Position numbers and translations under genes: made by a program | From: a virus | Strand: one strand, 5' to 3' | DNA length: 64,000 nucleotides | Virus record (IMG/VR): IMGVR_UViG_3300025141_011586 | Span: 1-64,000 of that record | Shown: in pieces, positions 1 to 11,083 of the stretch | How the letters are laid out: each line of letters starts with the position of its first letter | How positions within the stretch are numbered: the first letter of the stretch is position 1 | Notes under the pieces: generated by a model | Database searches by the model: none | What the model was told of the DNA's origin: nothing | The model's input: only the letters and a program-made list of their open reading frames with translations

Positions 1-1
1 C

Positions 2-760
2 TCTCAATCACCAAACGTTGGCGACAACTATATTATTACATATCGCATAGGCGGAGGGTCTAGGGGAAACATAAGAAGTAACGCTATTAATACTTCGATT
101 ACTGGGGCTATAGGGGCTACAGAGTATGTCGGGGAAATAACAAATACTTCTGTTGGAGTTGGGGGAGCAGATGCAGAAACTGTGGATCATGCAAAGAGGT
201 ATGCTCCTCAAACGTTTAGAAGGCAAGACAGAATCGTTACTCTCCCAGACTTCGAAGCATTCGCTAATACTTTTATTTCCAAGTATGGATCGGTTGGAAA
301 AGCTACAGCCTCAGTAAGAAAAGCTTTTAGTTCAGCTAATGTAATTGATATTTATGTGTTGGAGAAAGCTAATGATTTACAATTAAGACGGGCAACCCCG
401 CAATTTAAGAGTGAGCTTCTTACAGCAATGAACAGGAAGAAGATGCTCACAGATGAATTAGTGGTGGTTGATGGTTTGATCAGAGCCTTGGACTTAGTGG
501 TTACTGTTAGAATTGATAAAGAACTTGAAAGAATGGAACCAGAAATACAAACAGTAGTAAGAGATAATATTTTAAAGTATTTCTTCGTTGATAACATAGA
601 ATTTGGGCAGGCTTTATATCTTCAAGATTTAGCTAGATCAATTCATAATGTTGAAGCTGTTCGGTTTGCTACTGTGGATAATATTTCTGATGATATCATG
701 GTTGAACATAATGAAATTATTCAACTAAATAACCTTACAATAAATATGATTTCGATATAA
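2..760 (+). CDS. Baseplate wedge protein, T4 gp6 / baseplate J-like (5' truncated by window edge)
   Basis: Frame is open from position 2, upstream of the ORF-track start. Reads YRIGGGSRGN...GGADAETVDHAKRYAPQTFRRQDRIVT.PD, the typical gp6/baseplate-J C-terminal pattern. Confidence 0.85.
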   Translation, partial: SQSPNVGDNYIITYRIGGGSRGNIRSNAINTSITGAIGATEYVGEITNTSVGVGGADAETVDHAKRYAPQTFRRQDRIVTLPDFEAFANTFISKYGSVGKATASVRKAFSSANVIDIYVLEKANDLQLRRATPQFKSELLTAMNRKKMLTDELVVVDGLIRALDLVVTVRIDKELERMEPEIQTVVRDNILKYFFVDNIEFGQALYLQDLARSIHNVEAVRFATVDNISDDIMVEHNEIIQLNNLTINMISI

Positions 761-3700
761 ATGGTATTTAATCCTAGATATTTTGATCCGAGAAAAAGGA
801 AATATACAAAAAGGAACTATGATGAAGCTATAAAAATCATAGTTCCTGGGATGTATCTGCAAGATGATCTTGACCTAAGTGGGACTGAATTAGATCCTAT
901 TGAGGATATAATTAATAGCCATGTTAGAGCAGCAGATATCATGTCAACTGCTGGAAGTGGTTTATTTGTTAGTGCTATTCCTGGAACTTACCTCTCTTCA
1001 ATTAATAACGCTTCTGGATTATCACATTACTTTATAAAACAAAATAATCTAACTCGAATAACTCCAGAAGATTTTGAGAGATTTATTCTCCACCCGTTAT
1101 CAGTTAGTATAAAAAGCTTTGATACTAGTAATTCCTTTGGTGCATTTGTCTCTGGTACTCTCCTCCCTAGAATTACCATAGATCATTTTGAGGATAATCT
1201 TCGGAAGACTGGAGGGGTGTATGCGGATAGTCCCTCAGGCACACACAAGTATTTAATTGAAAACTTGAGTTGGTTATACTTCCTTAATTCAAGTGGCTCG
1301 CCAGGAGCATCCTCATCCCCAACTCCTATATGGAGAACAGATAGAAGTACTGAGTATTATCGAAAAGGTCGCCGTTATGATGGCTCGTCTATAGTTAGTG
1401 GCCTTATGGTTCATAAGCTATACGCTGGGCAGACCATAGAACTTAATGATGCTATGAAAGCTTTTTCAGAGTATCTATTTAGAAATTATGAGGTTTGTGG
1501 CGGTTGGAGAGATAATAACCTTATACCAGCTAAATATAGGCCTTTTAACCATTTACCCTCAGGAATCGGAGGTGGATTTTCGGGAACCTGGACTAGTGGT
1601 ACTCAGCAATTAGACAAACTTAATACTTTAGTTGATGTCATATATTCCCCAAAACTCATGGATATACATGACGATAAAGTTAAAGATGCCTTCTTTAAAT
1701 ATTTGGTTCATAAGTCTGGATTAGGAGATACTCTTTTTACAAAGCAACTTTCAGGTACGGTTGGGGCAGGCCCTTTCCATAAATTACTTAAAGCATACTC
1801 TTATTCGTTTGCAGATGTAACAGATAAAGTAGAAAATATTAATGCTCTTTATGATATAGAGCAGTGCCCAAAACAATTTCTCCCCTACATAGCAGACTTG
1901 ATCGGGTGGAATTTGCTAGGATCAGACCCAGAAAGGCATAGGCTTCAACTAAAAAATGCAGTTGATATTTATAAAAGGTCTGGAACTAAGGAGTCGATTC
2001 AGATTGCTACCAATGCGTTGTTTGCTGACGCATTAAACGTTTCTGGGGATGTTCATGAGTTATGGGAATCCTATATTCCATTCTTAGCTTATTATGCTAT
2101 AGCTACAGAATCAAAATATTTTAGAACTTTTGATGATTGGACACCAGACTTAGCTCAGAGATTAGGGGTTAAAGGGTATTCAATTAGCAGCATGGATGAT
2201 AATATTCGTCATGCAGTAGATACAATTCTTTTGCATTTGGTGGCACTCCATCCAAAAGCCTTTATCTTTAACTATAAACCGTTCCCTATTACTGTTGCAA
2301 CGGACAGAAAGGCTACTCTTCCTCCTGGGAAGAAAGTTCCTGATCTATTTGTAACTTTACATGATCCTGATTTTATCTTTGATTATAGGGGTAGGGATTA
2401 TCCCATACCTCCTTTCGAGGAAATACCTTATTATCTTCAATGCGAGATAACCGATCAATTTGTAAATGATCTTGCTGAATTGCTTGCTTGTTTTGGGGTG
2501 CGTCGATCTTTTGCTGTAGATGTTAAGGAATACATTAAAGATAATACCTTAAGATCACAGGATAAATTTAGAGATGGGAACGGGTGGCTAATCTTCACTT
2601 CTGGAGTAAATGATCCACCTAATTTTGAAAAGATTGTTTCGAACCCTGCGAAGTATAGAACAGAAGTTCTAAGTATGTGGAATGGGAAGTCTTCTCACTT
2701 CAAAGTATTTTTAGAGGCAGATAGGTTTGATTTCACGGTAGACACTTTAACTAACGCAGGTAAGTATGCCCCCATATATGCAGCAAAACTTGCTAGAGAG
2801 TTTTCCCCAGCACACTCCGTACCAGATATTAGGCTAGAAACTTCAGCTATTGATGAATATCGACCAGGAAATGAGGCTAACAAATCTGAGGGACCTGCTG
2901 ATATTAAAGTTAACCCTAATAAGTCTGAATTCTATACAGGTTATGGACTAATTGAGACCTCCTCAGGAGGGTTCACAACAGGCGGCGGTGTTGGCGCAGC
3001 GTCTGGGGCGAGAACTAGGTATCCGACAGGCCTTGCTAGAGCGGGTGTGTCTGGTACTCACTTTGATGGGTGGCGGAGAACAAGGTATGGTGGAAAGAGG
3101 GAACTCTTTAGGCAACAGAGATCTCAGGATTCTGATGATAATTACGTATTGTTTAAACAAGGCGGGGGTAAGCAGTTCCTAAGGCGGGATGTTAACAGTA
3201 TATATGGGCTTCTTGCTAGCGGGATTACACTTCCAGACGTTGAGGAAACCCCAGTACCAGGAACTCTAGGGGGTGTGGTAGAAGTAGAAAGAAATGCCTT
3301 CCGAAGAAGAAATTTCAAAATGACCCTTCCGACTGAGGGCTACTACGATAGAACAGGATTCAACATGCCTATCTCCTGGGATGCTTCAACAGTGGAAAAA
3401 ACTGTTACTGTGAAGGAAGAAATGCCTTCCGAAGAAGAAATTCCAACTAGAACCATGTCGGTAGGCTTCCTTCCCCTAGGCTATATTCCTTCCACGGGGC
3501 AGTTCTACTCTATATCCAGTTATGACAATCTTCCTGATGTCTATCATATTTGTGAAGATTCCGGTTCATCCAGTATTTTCTCAGGAGTCCCTTCTGCCTC
3601 GTCATTCTTGTGTAGAGGTGCTAGTGGATTAAATAATGATGCATATTATAATATTGGAGCAACTTGGGAAAGACATGATAATTATGTAGATCGTGGACAG

Positions 3701-5386
3701 ACTCCCCCAATAATTAGGGTTATGCATGCTATTAGGGAAAGAGAGAAGTTAGCAAAGGCAGAATATTATGTAAGTTCAAACTTTGATGATTTTGCATATT
3801 TTTATACTTCTTTAAATGCAGAGCAAAGCTTTGCGAATAGCTCCACGGAATTCGATTCGTGGTTCCCTAATAATGTAGATGATTATTATAACTATCAATT
3901 TGGAAGAGGCGTACACCAATTATACAATGCTTATACCAAATACTTTAGAAGACATCTTCTAAGGCCAGATACTCTTTACAATAATGGACCCACTATTTTC
4001 TCCCATGCGTGGGGTCCGCTTCTATTTAATAGTAATTTCGATCTCTCTGGGCCAAATTCAAGTGTTAAGGGTAGTTCTGTTATCTCTACTCATTTAAATT
4101 CTACCTCTAGTTTAACCTTAGACCACCCCTCATTTTCTGGGTCTGTTGTCCCTCAAGCCAACGGAAGACCTTGGTCTGGCTATGCTCACGGTAATCATTA
4201 TTTGTCTGCTGGGGAAGGCATTATGGCTTCTGGTGCTGGGCAGACTTTAGAGATACGAAATAGAAATATAATCAGTGGTGTAGAGTTTATTCATGTGAGT
4301 GGCTCTTCTCCCTTAAATAGTTTCCAGTTGTTTAGGATTGATAGGGCTGGGGCTAAAGGGTTTGGCGAAGATTACTTCGTAGATAATACGCTTATCAAGC
4401 TCAAAGCTATAGATGGATTATCTAGGCTACGTTTCTCTGTTAAAGAAACTAGCGGTCTTACAACAGAGGCTTTATCTTCAACTTATGGCTATCAACGAGA
4501 TGATAATACATTAATACCAGATCATGAATTTAAATTGAGTATTAGAAATATTATCGGAGAAGAAAACGGAAAATATCTTGGTGGAGCTAAATTAGGGGTG
4601 TGGATTCATACTGAGGGGGAGGGGCCATATTTTTGGTCATATACCCCAAAAGGCGTGTGGCAGATGAATGAGGTCTCGGGAATAGGTAGAAAAACAATTC
4701 TTGATGAATTAACTCACTATTATGTTCCCCCCAAAGAGAGTCCCCCAAAACTACCATTTAGATGTATTGATGTAGTTAAGCAAGGGAATAACGTAATTAA
4801 TAATCCATCAGTAATTACGGAGTTTGATAAGGGGGATTACCGTACCGCTGAGTTTACTTTTAATACGTGTAATAATTGTAAATGCGGAATGAAAACAATA
4901 TCACTCACTCCTGATAGAAAATATCATGAGACGTATAGGGATGTTCATAAAGATATTCAAAATTACGTTATTGAAATATTTATGATTCCTGATTCAACGA
5001 ATGATACGAAGTTTGCGCTTATTGATGAGGTTAGTATAGTTGACCTAACCCTCAACGAAAAAACAAGATACGATGCATCAGGAACCCTACACTCAATTCC
5101 ACTATTAGAGAATAGAGGAGAATTTTGTGACAGTGTTAAAGTCCAGATAACTAGGGACGAGCTAAGGGAAATCTTTAGGTTCTTTAATTCTTCTGTGGGA
5201 GTAGGGGCTGCTCTCCCATATGCTAGCAGAGGTGGGCCTATGGCAGGGAAGAGTGGGGCAGATACTTCTGGTATATACGGAGTGAGTGGTGGAGGCAGGC
5301 TAAGTTATAGGCAAGCCCCTGAATGGTATTATTTTGAAAAACAGAGTGGCTATAATAACTTTACAAGGTTGGAAATTGTTAACTGA
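761..5386 (+). CDS. Large baseplate wedge protein with P2 gpI-like (gp7-type) domain
   Basis: 1541 aa; LYDIEQCPKQFLPYIADLIGW...RLQLKNAVDIYKRSGTKESI matches the P2 gpI-type motif; directly follows the gp6-like gene. Confidence 0.7.
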   Translation: MVFNPRYFDPRKRKYTKRNYDEAIKIIVPGMYLQDDLDLSGTELDPIEDIINSHVRAADIMSTAGSGLFVSAIPGTYLSSINNASGLSHYFIKQNNLTRITPEDFERFILHPLSVSIKSFDTSNSFGAFVSGTLLPRITIDHFEDNLRKTGGVYADSPSGTHKYLIENLSWLYFLNSSGSPGASSSPTPIWRTDRSTEYYRKGRRYDGSSIVSGLMVHKLYAGQTIELNDAMKAFSEYLFRNYEVCGGWRDNNLIPAKYRPFNHLPSGIGGGFSGTWTSGTQQLDKLNTLVDVIYSPKLMDIHDDKVKDAFFKYLVHKSGLGDTLFTKQLSGTVGAGPFHKLLKAYSYSFADVTDKVENINALYDIEQCPKQFLPYIADLIGWNLLGSDPERHRLQLKNAVDIYKRSGTKESIQIATNALFADALNVSGDVHELWESYIPFLAYYAIATESKYFRTFDDWTPDLAQRLGVKGYSISSMDDNIRHAVDTILLHLVALHPKAFIFNYKPFPITVATDRKATLPPGKKVPDLFVTLHDPDFIFDYRGRDYPIPPFEEIPYYLQCEITDQFVNDLAELLACFGVRRSFAVDVKEYIKDNTLRSQDKFRDGNGWLIFTSGVNDPPNFEKIVSNPAKYRTEVLSMWNGKSSHFKVFLEADRFDFTVDTLTNAGKYAPIYAAKLAREFSPAHSVPDIRLETSAIDEYRPGNEANKSEGPADIKVNPNKSEFYTGYGLIETSSGGFTTGGGVGAASGARTRYPTGLARAGVSGTHFDGWRRTRYGGKRELFRQQRSQDSDDNYVLFKQGGGKQFLRRDVNSIYGLLASGITLPDVEETPVPGTLGGVVEVERNAFRRRNFKMTLPTEGYYDRTGFNMPISWDASTVEKTVTVKEEMPSEEEIPTRTMSVGFLPLGYIPSTGQFYSISSYDNLPDVYHICEDSGSSSIFSGVPSASSFLCRGASGLNNDAYYNIGATWERHDNYVDRGQTPPIIRVMHAIREREKLAKAEYYVSSNFDDFAYFYTSLNAEQSFANSSTEFDSWFPNNVDDYYNYQFGRGVHQLYNAYTKYFRRHLLRPDTLYNNGPTIFSHAWGPLLFNSNFDLSGPNSSVKGSSVISTHLNSTSSLTLDHPSFSGSVVPQANGRPWSGYAHGNHYLSAGEGIMASGAGQTLEIRNRNIISGVEFIHVSGSSPLNSFQLFRIDRAGAKGFGEDYFVDNTLIKLKAIDGLSRLRFSVKETSGLTTEALSSTYGYQRDDNTLIPDHEFKLSIRNIIGEENGKYLGGAKLGVWIHTEGEGPYFWSYTPKGVWQMNEVSGIGRKTILDELTHYYVPPKESPPKLPFRCIDVVKQGNNVINNPSVITEFDKGDYRTAEFTFNTCNNCKCGMKTISLTPDRKYHETYRDVHKDIQNYVIEIFMIPDSTNDTKFALIDEVSIVDLTLNEKTRYDASGTLHSIPLLENRGEFCDSVKVQITRDELREIFRFFNSSVGVGAALPYASRGGPMAGKSGADTSGIYGVSGGGRLSYRQAPEWYYFEKQSGYNNFTRLEIVN

Positions 5387-6669
5387 TGAAGCTTAAGGGA
5401 AAAGTTGAGGTTTATAGGGGAAGTGATATAAGGGATGAGAATCTTTTATATGAAGACGATAACCTTATTGTAGATGGTGCTGGGGAGATTGTCGTAAATA
5501 TGCTTACGACTACTCCTAGCTTATCTGCTATCCCTGACTCTCGTTACATATTAGATACTTCTAACTATACTATCCAAGCTATATCTTTTGGCAAAGACAG
5601 AGAAGGGTATAAGCACCATGCTCACTTAGATTGCATGAGTGCAATGGATTACTATAATGTAAATTCTCTTAATATTGCTACTCAGCAAGAACTGTGGGGA
5701 GGGCGGAATAGTGCCTCAGCAGTGGTGTTCGTTTCTGCACATGGGAAGGCTGCTGGAGGGTTCGCTTCTTATTTCCCTAGTGGGGCTGAGGGCGATGTTA
5801 AACACAGCCCAGGGTATAGAATACTACCCAAATTTCCCTCGCCATTAGATACCAAACTGGAGGAGTCTTCTGAGACTCTTTGGGCGACTCCTCAATCGCA
5901 AGATAATACAAATCCTCAATATTTCCCTTCTAATTTTACAGGGACTGAAGTTGATCCAATAACCAACAATGTTAGTGCTGCTTTCGAAGCATTAGGGAGG
6001 ATAGGGCATAATCCTAATGTTGTAGAATTTAGTGGGGGCTTGGGAGAATTCAGAATATTAGGTGGGGCTTATCCTGTGGCAGGGAAGAAAGGTGGGTCTG
6101 CGGGGATCATACTTACTGAACTAGGTCAGCTTCGAGATAAGGGGTATGTTGGTGATAATCCCCTGGGCACCTCTATTTTTACTAGTGCTATATTTTATGG
6201 CAAGTTTAATGAAGCTAGTTCCATGGATTCTAGTGGATACCTTGGGCAAGTATATTCTATGGCTGGGAATGTTGCTCCAAGTAGCGAGTTGTATGGGGGC
6301 ACAAGACTTCCTATAAATAATATCCCCTCAATCCATTTGTCTGGGATGATCGTCTCTGCTCATCCAACCTTTTCGTCTACAGGGGAAGTGATTTATCAAA
6401 CTTATATTCCCTCTGGTGATTTGGGGTTTACCAATTTTTATGGCGGTATATTTAATATGGGCCTGTGGGCACTAGATATAAGAGAAAGCTTAAAGACTGG
6501 AGTGACCCCCCCATATGTGTGGCACCCCACTCAACACTATAGGAAATATAAATTGTTTGCAAAGAAAAGTTTTACTACCAATTTAGCAGAGATTCAAGAT
6601 CATTCCGATGAAGATCCAGGGATGCAGCATTATAAGGATCTTACACTTATTTGGAGAGTATATTTCTGA
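5386..6669 (+). CDS. Putative baseplate / tail-fibre attachment protein
   Basis: 427 aa; N-terminal GKVEV...DNLIVDGAG and C-terminal NMGLW...KLFAKKSF...LTLIWRVYF pattern; start overlaps the upstream stop; baseplate context. Confidence 0.5.
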   Translation: MKLKGKVEVYRGSDIRDENLLYEDDNLIVDGAGEIVVNMLTTTPSLSAIPDSRYILDTSNYTIQAISFGKDREGYKHHAHLDCMSAMDYYNVNSLNIATQQELWGGRNSASAVVFVSAHGKAAGGFASYFPSGAEGDVKHSPGYRILPKFPSPLDTKLEESSETLWATPQSQDNTNPQYFPSNFTGTEVDPITNNVSAAFEALGRIGHNPNVVEFSGGLGEFRILGGAYPVAGKKGGSAGIILTELGQLRDKGYVGDNPLGTSIFTSAIFYGKFNEASSMDSSGYLGQVYSMAGNVAPSSELYGGTRLPINNIPSIHLSGMIVSAHPTFSSTGEVIYQTYIPSGDLGFTNFYGGIFNMGLWALDIRESLKTGVTPPYVWHPTQHYRKYKLFAKKSFTTNLAEIQDHSDEDPGMQHYKDLTLIWRVYF

Positions 6670-7316
6670 TGAGATTTATTGAAGATTTAGGGATAACAGG
6701 ACACTTACAGATATCAAAGCTCTATAAAGGTAAGCCTGAGGAGATAGTATTTGATGACCATAACGTTATCGTATCGGGTATGGGTGTTGGCTTATCTCAT
6801 ATGTTTTCTGGCTCTGGTTCAGATATAATTACAGATTATCAATTAGACAGGTTTCAAGTCGGTGTGTCAGGGGATGATTCTGCTGGTAGTGCCATATACC
6901 AGTTAAGCGGTCCACTGACAAGTGTCGCTGAGTACGGGGGAGTTGCTTCTAATTTAGGCGTAGTAAGCGCGTTCCAGATAAGGAATGGGGCTCTTACTAC
7001 TGCAAAGACTTCAGTTTATGGCCTGATTCCATTTAAGAATGTAACTCGAATAAATGATACATCAGTAAGGTATACGCTTATTCTAGATGAAGACACAGCT
7101 AATTATACAAATTATGCAGCTAGGCATACTGGATCATGGGCTGTTGGAGACGTGGGTGCAAGGGCTGCTGCGTCTATAAATGAGATAGGGTTATTTATGA
7201 AAAACCCTAGAAATATTATAGGAGGGGCCTCTCTCTTAGTAGCTTACAGAAAGTTTACAGGAATTGTAAAGACTAGTGATTTCTCATTAGTTTTCCGTTG
7301 GACATTGAATTTCTAA
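6669..7316 (+). CDS. Putative baseplate protein, paralogous architecture to the upstream gene
   Basis: Start placed at the ATG of a TGATG overlap; HNVIVSG...INEIGLF...LVAYRKF...KTSDFSLVFRWTLNF pattern seen in myophage baseplate proteins. Confidence 0.55.
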   Translation: MRFIEDLGITGHLQISKLYKGKPEEIVFDDHNVIVSGMGVGLSHMFSGSGSDIITDYQLDRFQVGVSGDDSAGSAIYQLSGPLTSVAEYGGVASNLGVVSAFQIRNGALTTAKTSVYGLIPFKNVTRINDTSVRYTLILDEDTANYTNYAARHTGSWAVGDVGARAAASINEIGLFMKNPRNIIGGASLLVAYRKFTGIVKTSDFSLVFRWTLNF

Positions 7317-7320
7317 TATT

Positions 7321-10300
7321 ATGCCTTTTAAACCCACAGATTTCTATACTTTAAGCGGAGCAGCAAAGGTTTATAATTGTTGGACTGGTAAAGTTACTAA
7401 ATTTGATTCCAGTTCGTTCTACAACTGGGAGCAAGATAACGAGCCTGTTTATGATTTAGAAGAAAGAACCTACCTTAACTGGGAGCATGCAGGCTTTCAT
7501 GGGTCTAGTGTTCCAGGCATAATTTACACTGTGTCTGCTCATGCGGTTGAGACTGGTCAGGTTGATTGCAATAGAAATATATTCGCTGATGTAAGTTCTG
7601 CTATCGAGGCTTTGCCTTCTGAAATTAGGTTCCCAGTTCTTATTGAAGTTGCTAACTTTGGTGGCATGGGAGAACTTAATCTTAAGAATATTAAGATTGG
7701 GTATAATGGGTCTTTGGAAATCATAAACCGAAACTTTGCGAAGGTTTATTCTTTGTCAGCAGGGAGTCGCGCAGGGCCTATTACAAGTCGGATTCATACT
7801 TACACCGCTACTCCTAAGCTTGCTCAATATAATTTAATACAATCAGTAAGTGCTGCTGACGTTAGTGCGACATGGAAAGATTCTCATGCAGTCCATATAG
7901 GCTCTAGAGTTCTTAGTGCAACACATCCTAAAGGGGATCCTAGACACACTAATATAAAGAGTGTCTTACAACCAGTTGTCCATAACAGAGCAGGGGATAG
8001 GGCTCCTAGTAGATTGTCTGTAGGAATTAATGGGGCTCTCAGTGGGTCCAATGCGTCAGTTGATGTATTTGTTACCACTCCTTTTGAGGACTCTATTGAG
8101 GCTGTTGGTGCTCCTCACTATTTTGGGGAATACGATGTCAGCACAACTAATCAGATGACGAGTCAGCAAATTAAAATTACTCATGATATTCAAGCAGGAA
8201 CTAATGATCTGGTTACTGGCATGATGTATGGCAATGCGCTATCCTCCATCAATGTTCAAAATTGTGATGGTCCTATCTATATTAGAAATTTCTTTGTAGA
8301 TAGTAATTATGACAGGGAGTCTGGTGTAAATGTTGAGAATTCAAATGTTTGGATAGAGAACTGTGCTTCTATACGAAATGCGGAAGCTGGATTTAATTTT
8401 AAGAACTCTAAGGTTACAATTGCGAGAGGTATTGCTGCCTATAGAAATTATGGAGCAGGTACAGATGGGAGAAGGCTCACTGGTTTGTGGTCGTATGCCA
8501 AACAACAGGACTCAACTTTTGCTGATACAGCAGCAGGATTGAAGGCTTCTAACTCAGAAATAACTTTTAGTGCAACACCACATAAAGAGGATCATGCTTA
8601 TCCTGCTGAATTCCTAATCAACTTTTCTAGAAATGCTAATGGGGTAATTTTAGAGAACTCAAAATTGCAGGGAGGCGTGGCTCAAACAGTTGCTACTGAT
8701 TATTTGAGTGGAACTCAATTTAATATAGAGCTTAATAATGATCATGGGTTAATAGCTAGAAACTCTGTTATAGATCTTGATGGTAAATTAGCAATTTATA
8801 ATAATAACAGGGGAGCCCTCTTAGAGAACTCTACCGCTTATTTGGATACTTTTAGATTTCACGGAAACCAGAGAGAGGCACTCAAGTCTAGGGGTAGTAA
8901 TATAAAATACAATAAGGGCCTGTTACGAATAATGCAAACTCAATCTCCGATCACAACTGGATACAAGGAGTATCCTTTTGATTTTTCGGGCAATGGTCAG
9001 CATATGGTTTTGGAGGGAGGGTCCACCTTTGATCCATTTACTACCTCTTCTATGCCTTTGAAGTATGGGCAAATGAGGTTTACTCACCCCCACGGGATTG
9101 AAACGTCTTCGGCGGCGGCGGCGGGCGATATCGGCATTGACAGTTCGGCAATAGCACCTTTGAGTCCTATAGAAATTAGGGGGGGCTCTACAGCTACTTT
9201 TGTTCATCCTATAATGAGTACGCACTTTCCAGAGGGTAATTTATCAATAGGCCCCGCCGTTTATGGGGCTTGCATTTCTGTTACTGATAATTCAAAGGCG
9301 TTATTTAAAGGGTCTGTTAGTGGGGCAAATGTAATTATAGGCCCCAATGGAACCTCCCACGGACAAGTCTATCCTGAGCAGGCGCGTCTTGCGGGAGTGT
9401 ATGCAGGGCGAAATTCTAATGTCGAATTCAACGGTCCTACTTTTATAGGTAGGTTTGGGGTTGATGTTTTATCTGAAGATAATTCTGTGGCAACGTTTGG
9501 TCCTCACAAAAGATCTCAAGATGGGGCTCTAGACATACAGGGGTGGGCTTTGCGGGATTCTGGCAATCATACTGTTGTTGAGCTTCATGCGGTTAGGTCT
9601 TGCTTAGTTGCTAATAGAAATTCAACTATAAATATGACAGATCTTGGGGACTATAACGCTTGTTGGGATGGGGCAGCTAGAAGTAATCCTGAGTATGACA
9701 CTGGGGCAACTACCAATTATGGGTTGGGAACGTCTTCGTATACAAGGCATGGTAGCATGCAATTTTATCCCAATCCTATTGGAGGTCCTTTATATAAAAA
9801 TAGTGATGAGGGTGGAATGGCTAATTTTGATTCAGATCTAGGCGGGGATAAGGGGCAAAACGGAGATTATACATTCAAGAAGTTTGCTGGATCTCCTACG
9901 ATGCAGGATATCGACGGTGAAAGTTTTGATAGGTGGTACTATTTAACAGATGACCTCTATCAACCAGCCCAAAGGTATGCAGTTAGTGCTGTGACTGCTG
10001 GGGGTATGTGTGTTAGAGCTGTTGGAGGTAGCCATGTTAATGTGAAGAATGTGAACTTCCCTTGTGGGTGGTGGAATCCTTCTGGTCTTATTTACGATAT
10101 AAGTGGTGCGGATCAAGTAGGTAATACTAATCTTTTAAACTTCCATGCGTCTTTCTGTAATAGATTATTCATTTGGAACATTGCAGATAATTCGAGGTTG
10201 CATGCGTCTTTCTGTTCTGTCAGTGGGAGAGACCCCAGAAATATCCCAAGGATAGCTGGGGAAACAGAGATGTATTATGGTCCTAGTGCATTTTATGATA

Positions 10301-11082
10301 AAGATGGATATAATAGTTTGGGGGTTAGGACTGGGACAAATGCTAACCCCATAAACCCAGCATATAAAGCACCTTCAGCCACACCTGACACTAGTAGCTT
10401 GTCTGTTTTGGATTTCTTTGGGTTAGGAGCGATTGGAGTTTGGCCTCTTGCAGGGCTCTCGTCCGTACATACTCAAGACGCTCAAGTTGATCAAAAGACT
10501 CTCCCTCAGCAATTATTAAGCCCAGTAGCTTTTGCATCTTACGGGGCTGTGGACGGTATTCCAAAGAATGTAGGTCCATTCAGACTGTATGTTAGCGTTG
10601 ATTCCATTGCTAATTTCCTTAGTAGCGTCTCTCTTTCTGAGTCTCACCGTGCGGCTAATCCTGATGATGGGTATGCTATGCAGATATTCGCTCAAGGCTA
10701 TAACTTATCAGGATCAGTTTCTGCAACGAACGATTTAAGTTCGACTTGGGGGAGTATAATTAGAGCGAACCCACTCCTGCAAGTTAGTGCGATGAAGGCT
10801 GCTGGGTTCTATGGTAATGAAGCTTTAGTAACATCAGGATTTATATATAATAATGAGGTAGTTGATCCAACTACATACGCTAGAATTCGTTTAGACGAGT
10901 CTGCTGCTAGTATATTTGCTAATGCAAAAAATGGAGCAATGGGAACTTCTAATAGAGCTAAGATATGTACAATATATAAATCAACCACTGGAGTTCGAGG
11001 AGAAGGGGCGAATGAAGAGAGTAAGAGATATGGGAAGGGCTTTGTATCTCCTAACGTGTTTGATTTAGGTAAGGAAATGTAG
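7321..11082 (+). CDS. Tailspike / tail fibre with probable right-handed beta-helix
   Basis: 1253 aa; repeated N-x-x-G-hydrophobic-x-x-N-S turns (GVNVENSNVWIENC, NAEAGFNFKNSKVTI, NANGVILENSKL, NNRGALLENSTAYL) typical of parallel beta-helices. Confidence 0.6.
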   Translation: MPFKPTDFYTLSGAAKVYNCWTGKVTKFDSSSFYNWEQDNEPVYDLEERTYLNWEHAGFHGSSVPGIIYTVSAHAVETGQVDCNRNIFADVSSAIEALPSEIRFPVLIEVANFGGMGELNLKNIKIGYNGSLEIINRNFAKVYSLSAGSRAGPITSRIHTYTATPKLAQYNLIQSVSAADVSATWKDSHAVHIGSRVLSATHPKGDPRHTNIKSVLQPVVHNRAGDRAPSRLSVGINGALSGSNASVDVFVTTPFEDSIEAVGAPHYFGEYDVSTTNQMTSQQIKITHDIQAGTNDLVTGMMYGNALSSINVQNCDGPIYIRNFFVDSNYDRESGVNVENSNVWIENCASIRNAEAGFNFKNSKVTIARGIAAYRNYGAGTDGRRLTGLWSYAKQQDSTFADTAAGLKASNSEITFSATPHKEDHAYPAEFLINFSRNANGVILENSKLQGGVAQTVATDYLSGTQFNIELNNDHGLIARNSVIDLDGKLAIYNNNRGALLENSTAYLDTFRFHGNQREALKSRGSNIKYNKGLLRIMQTQSPITTGYKEYPFDFSGNGQHMVLEGGSTFDPFTTSSMPLKYGQMRFTHPHGIETSSAAAAGDIGIDSSAIAPLSPIEIRGGSTATFVHPIMSTHFPEGNLSIGPAVYGACISVTDNSKALFKGSVSGANVIIGPNGTSHGQVYPEQARLAGVYAGRNSNVEFNGPTFIGRFGVDVLSEDNSVATFGPHKRSQDGALDIQGWALRDSGNHTVVELHAVRSCLVANRNSTINMTDLGDYNACWDGAARSNPEYDTGATTNYGLGTSSYTRHGSMQFYPNPIGGPLYKNSDEGGMANFDSDLGGDKGQNGDYTFKKFAGSPTMQDIDGESFDRWYYLTDDLYQPAQRYAVSAVTAGGMCVRAVGGSHVNVKNVNFPCGWWNPSGLIYDISGADQVGNTNLLNFHASFCNRLFIWNIADNSRLHASFCSVSGRDPRNIPRIAGETEMYYGPSAFYDKDGYNSLGVRTGTNANPINPAYKAPSATPDTSSLSVLDFFGLGAIGVWPLAGLSSVHTQDAQVDQKTLPQQLLSPVAFASYGAVDGIPKNVGPFRLYVSVDSIANFLSSVSLSESHRAANPDDGYAMQIFAQGYNLSGSVSATNDLSSTWGSIIRANPLLQVSAMKAAGFYGNEALVTSGFIYNNEVVDPTTYARIRLDESAASIFANAKNGAMGTSNRAKICTIYKSTTGVRGEGANEESKRYGKGFVSPNVFDLGKEM

Positions 11083-11083
11083 A

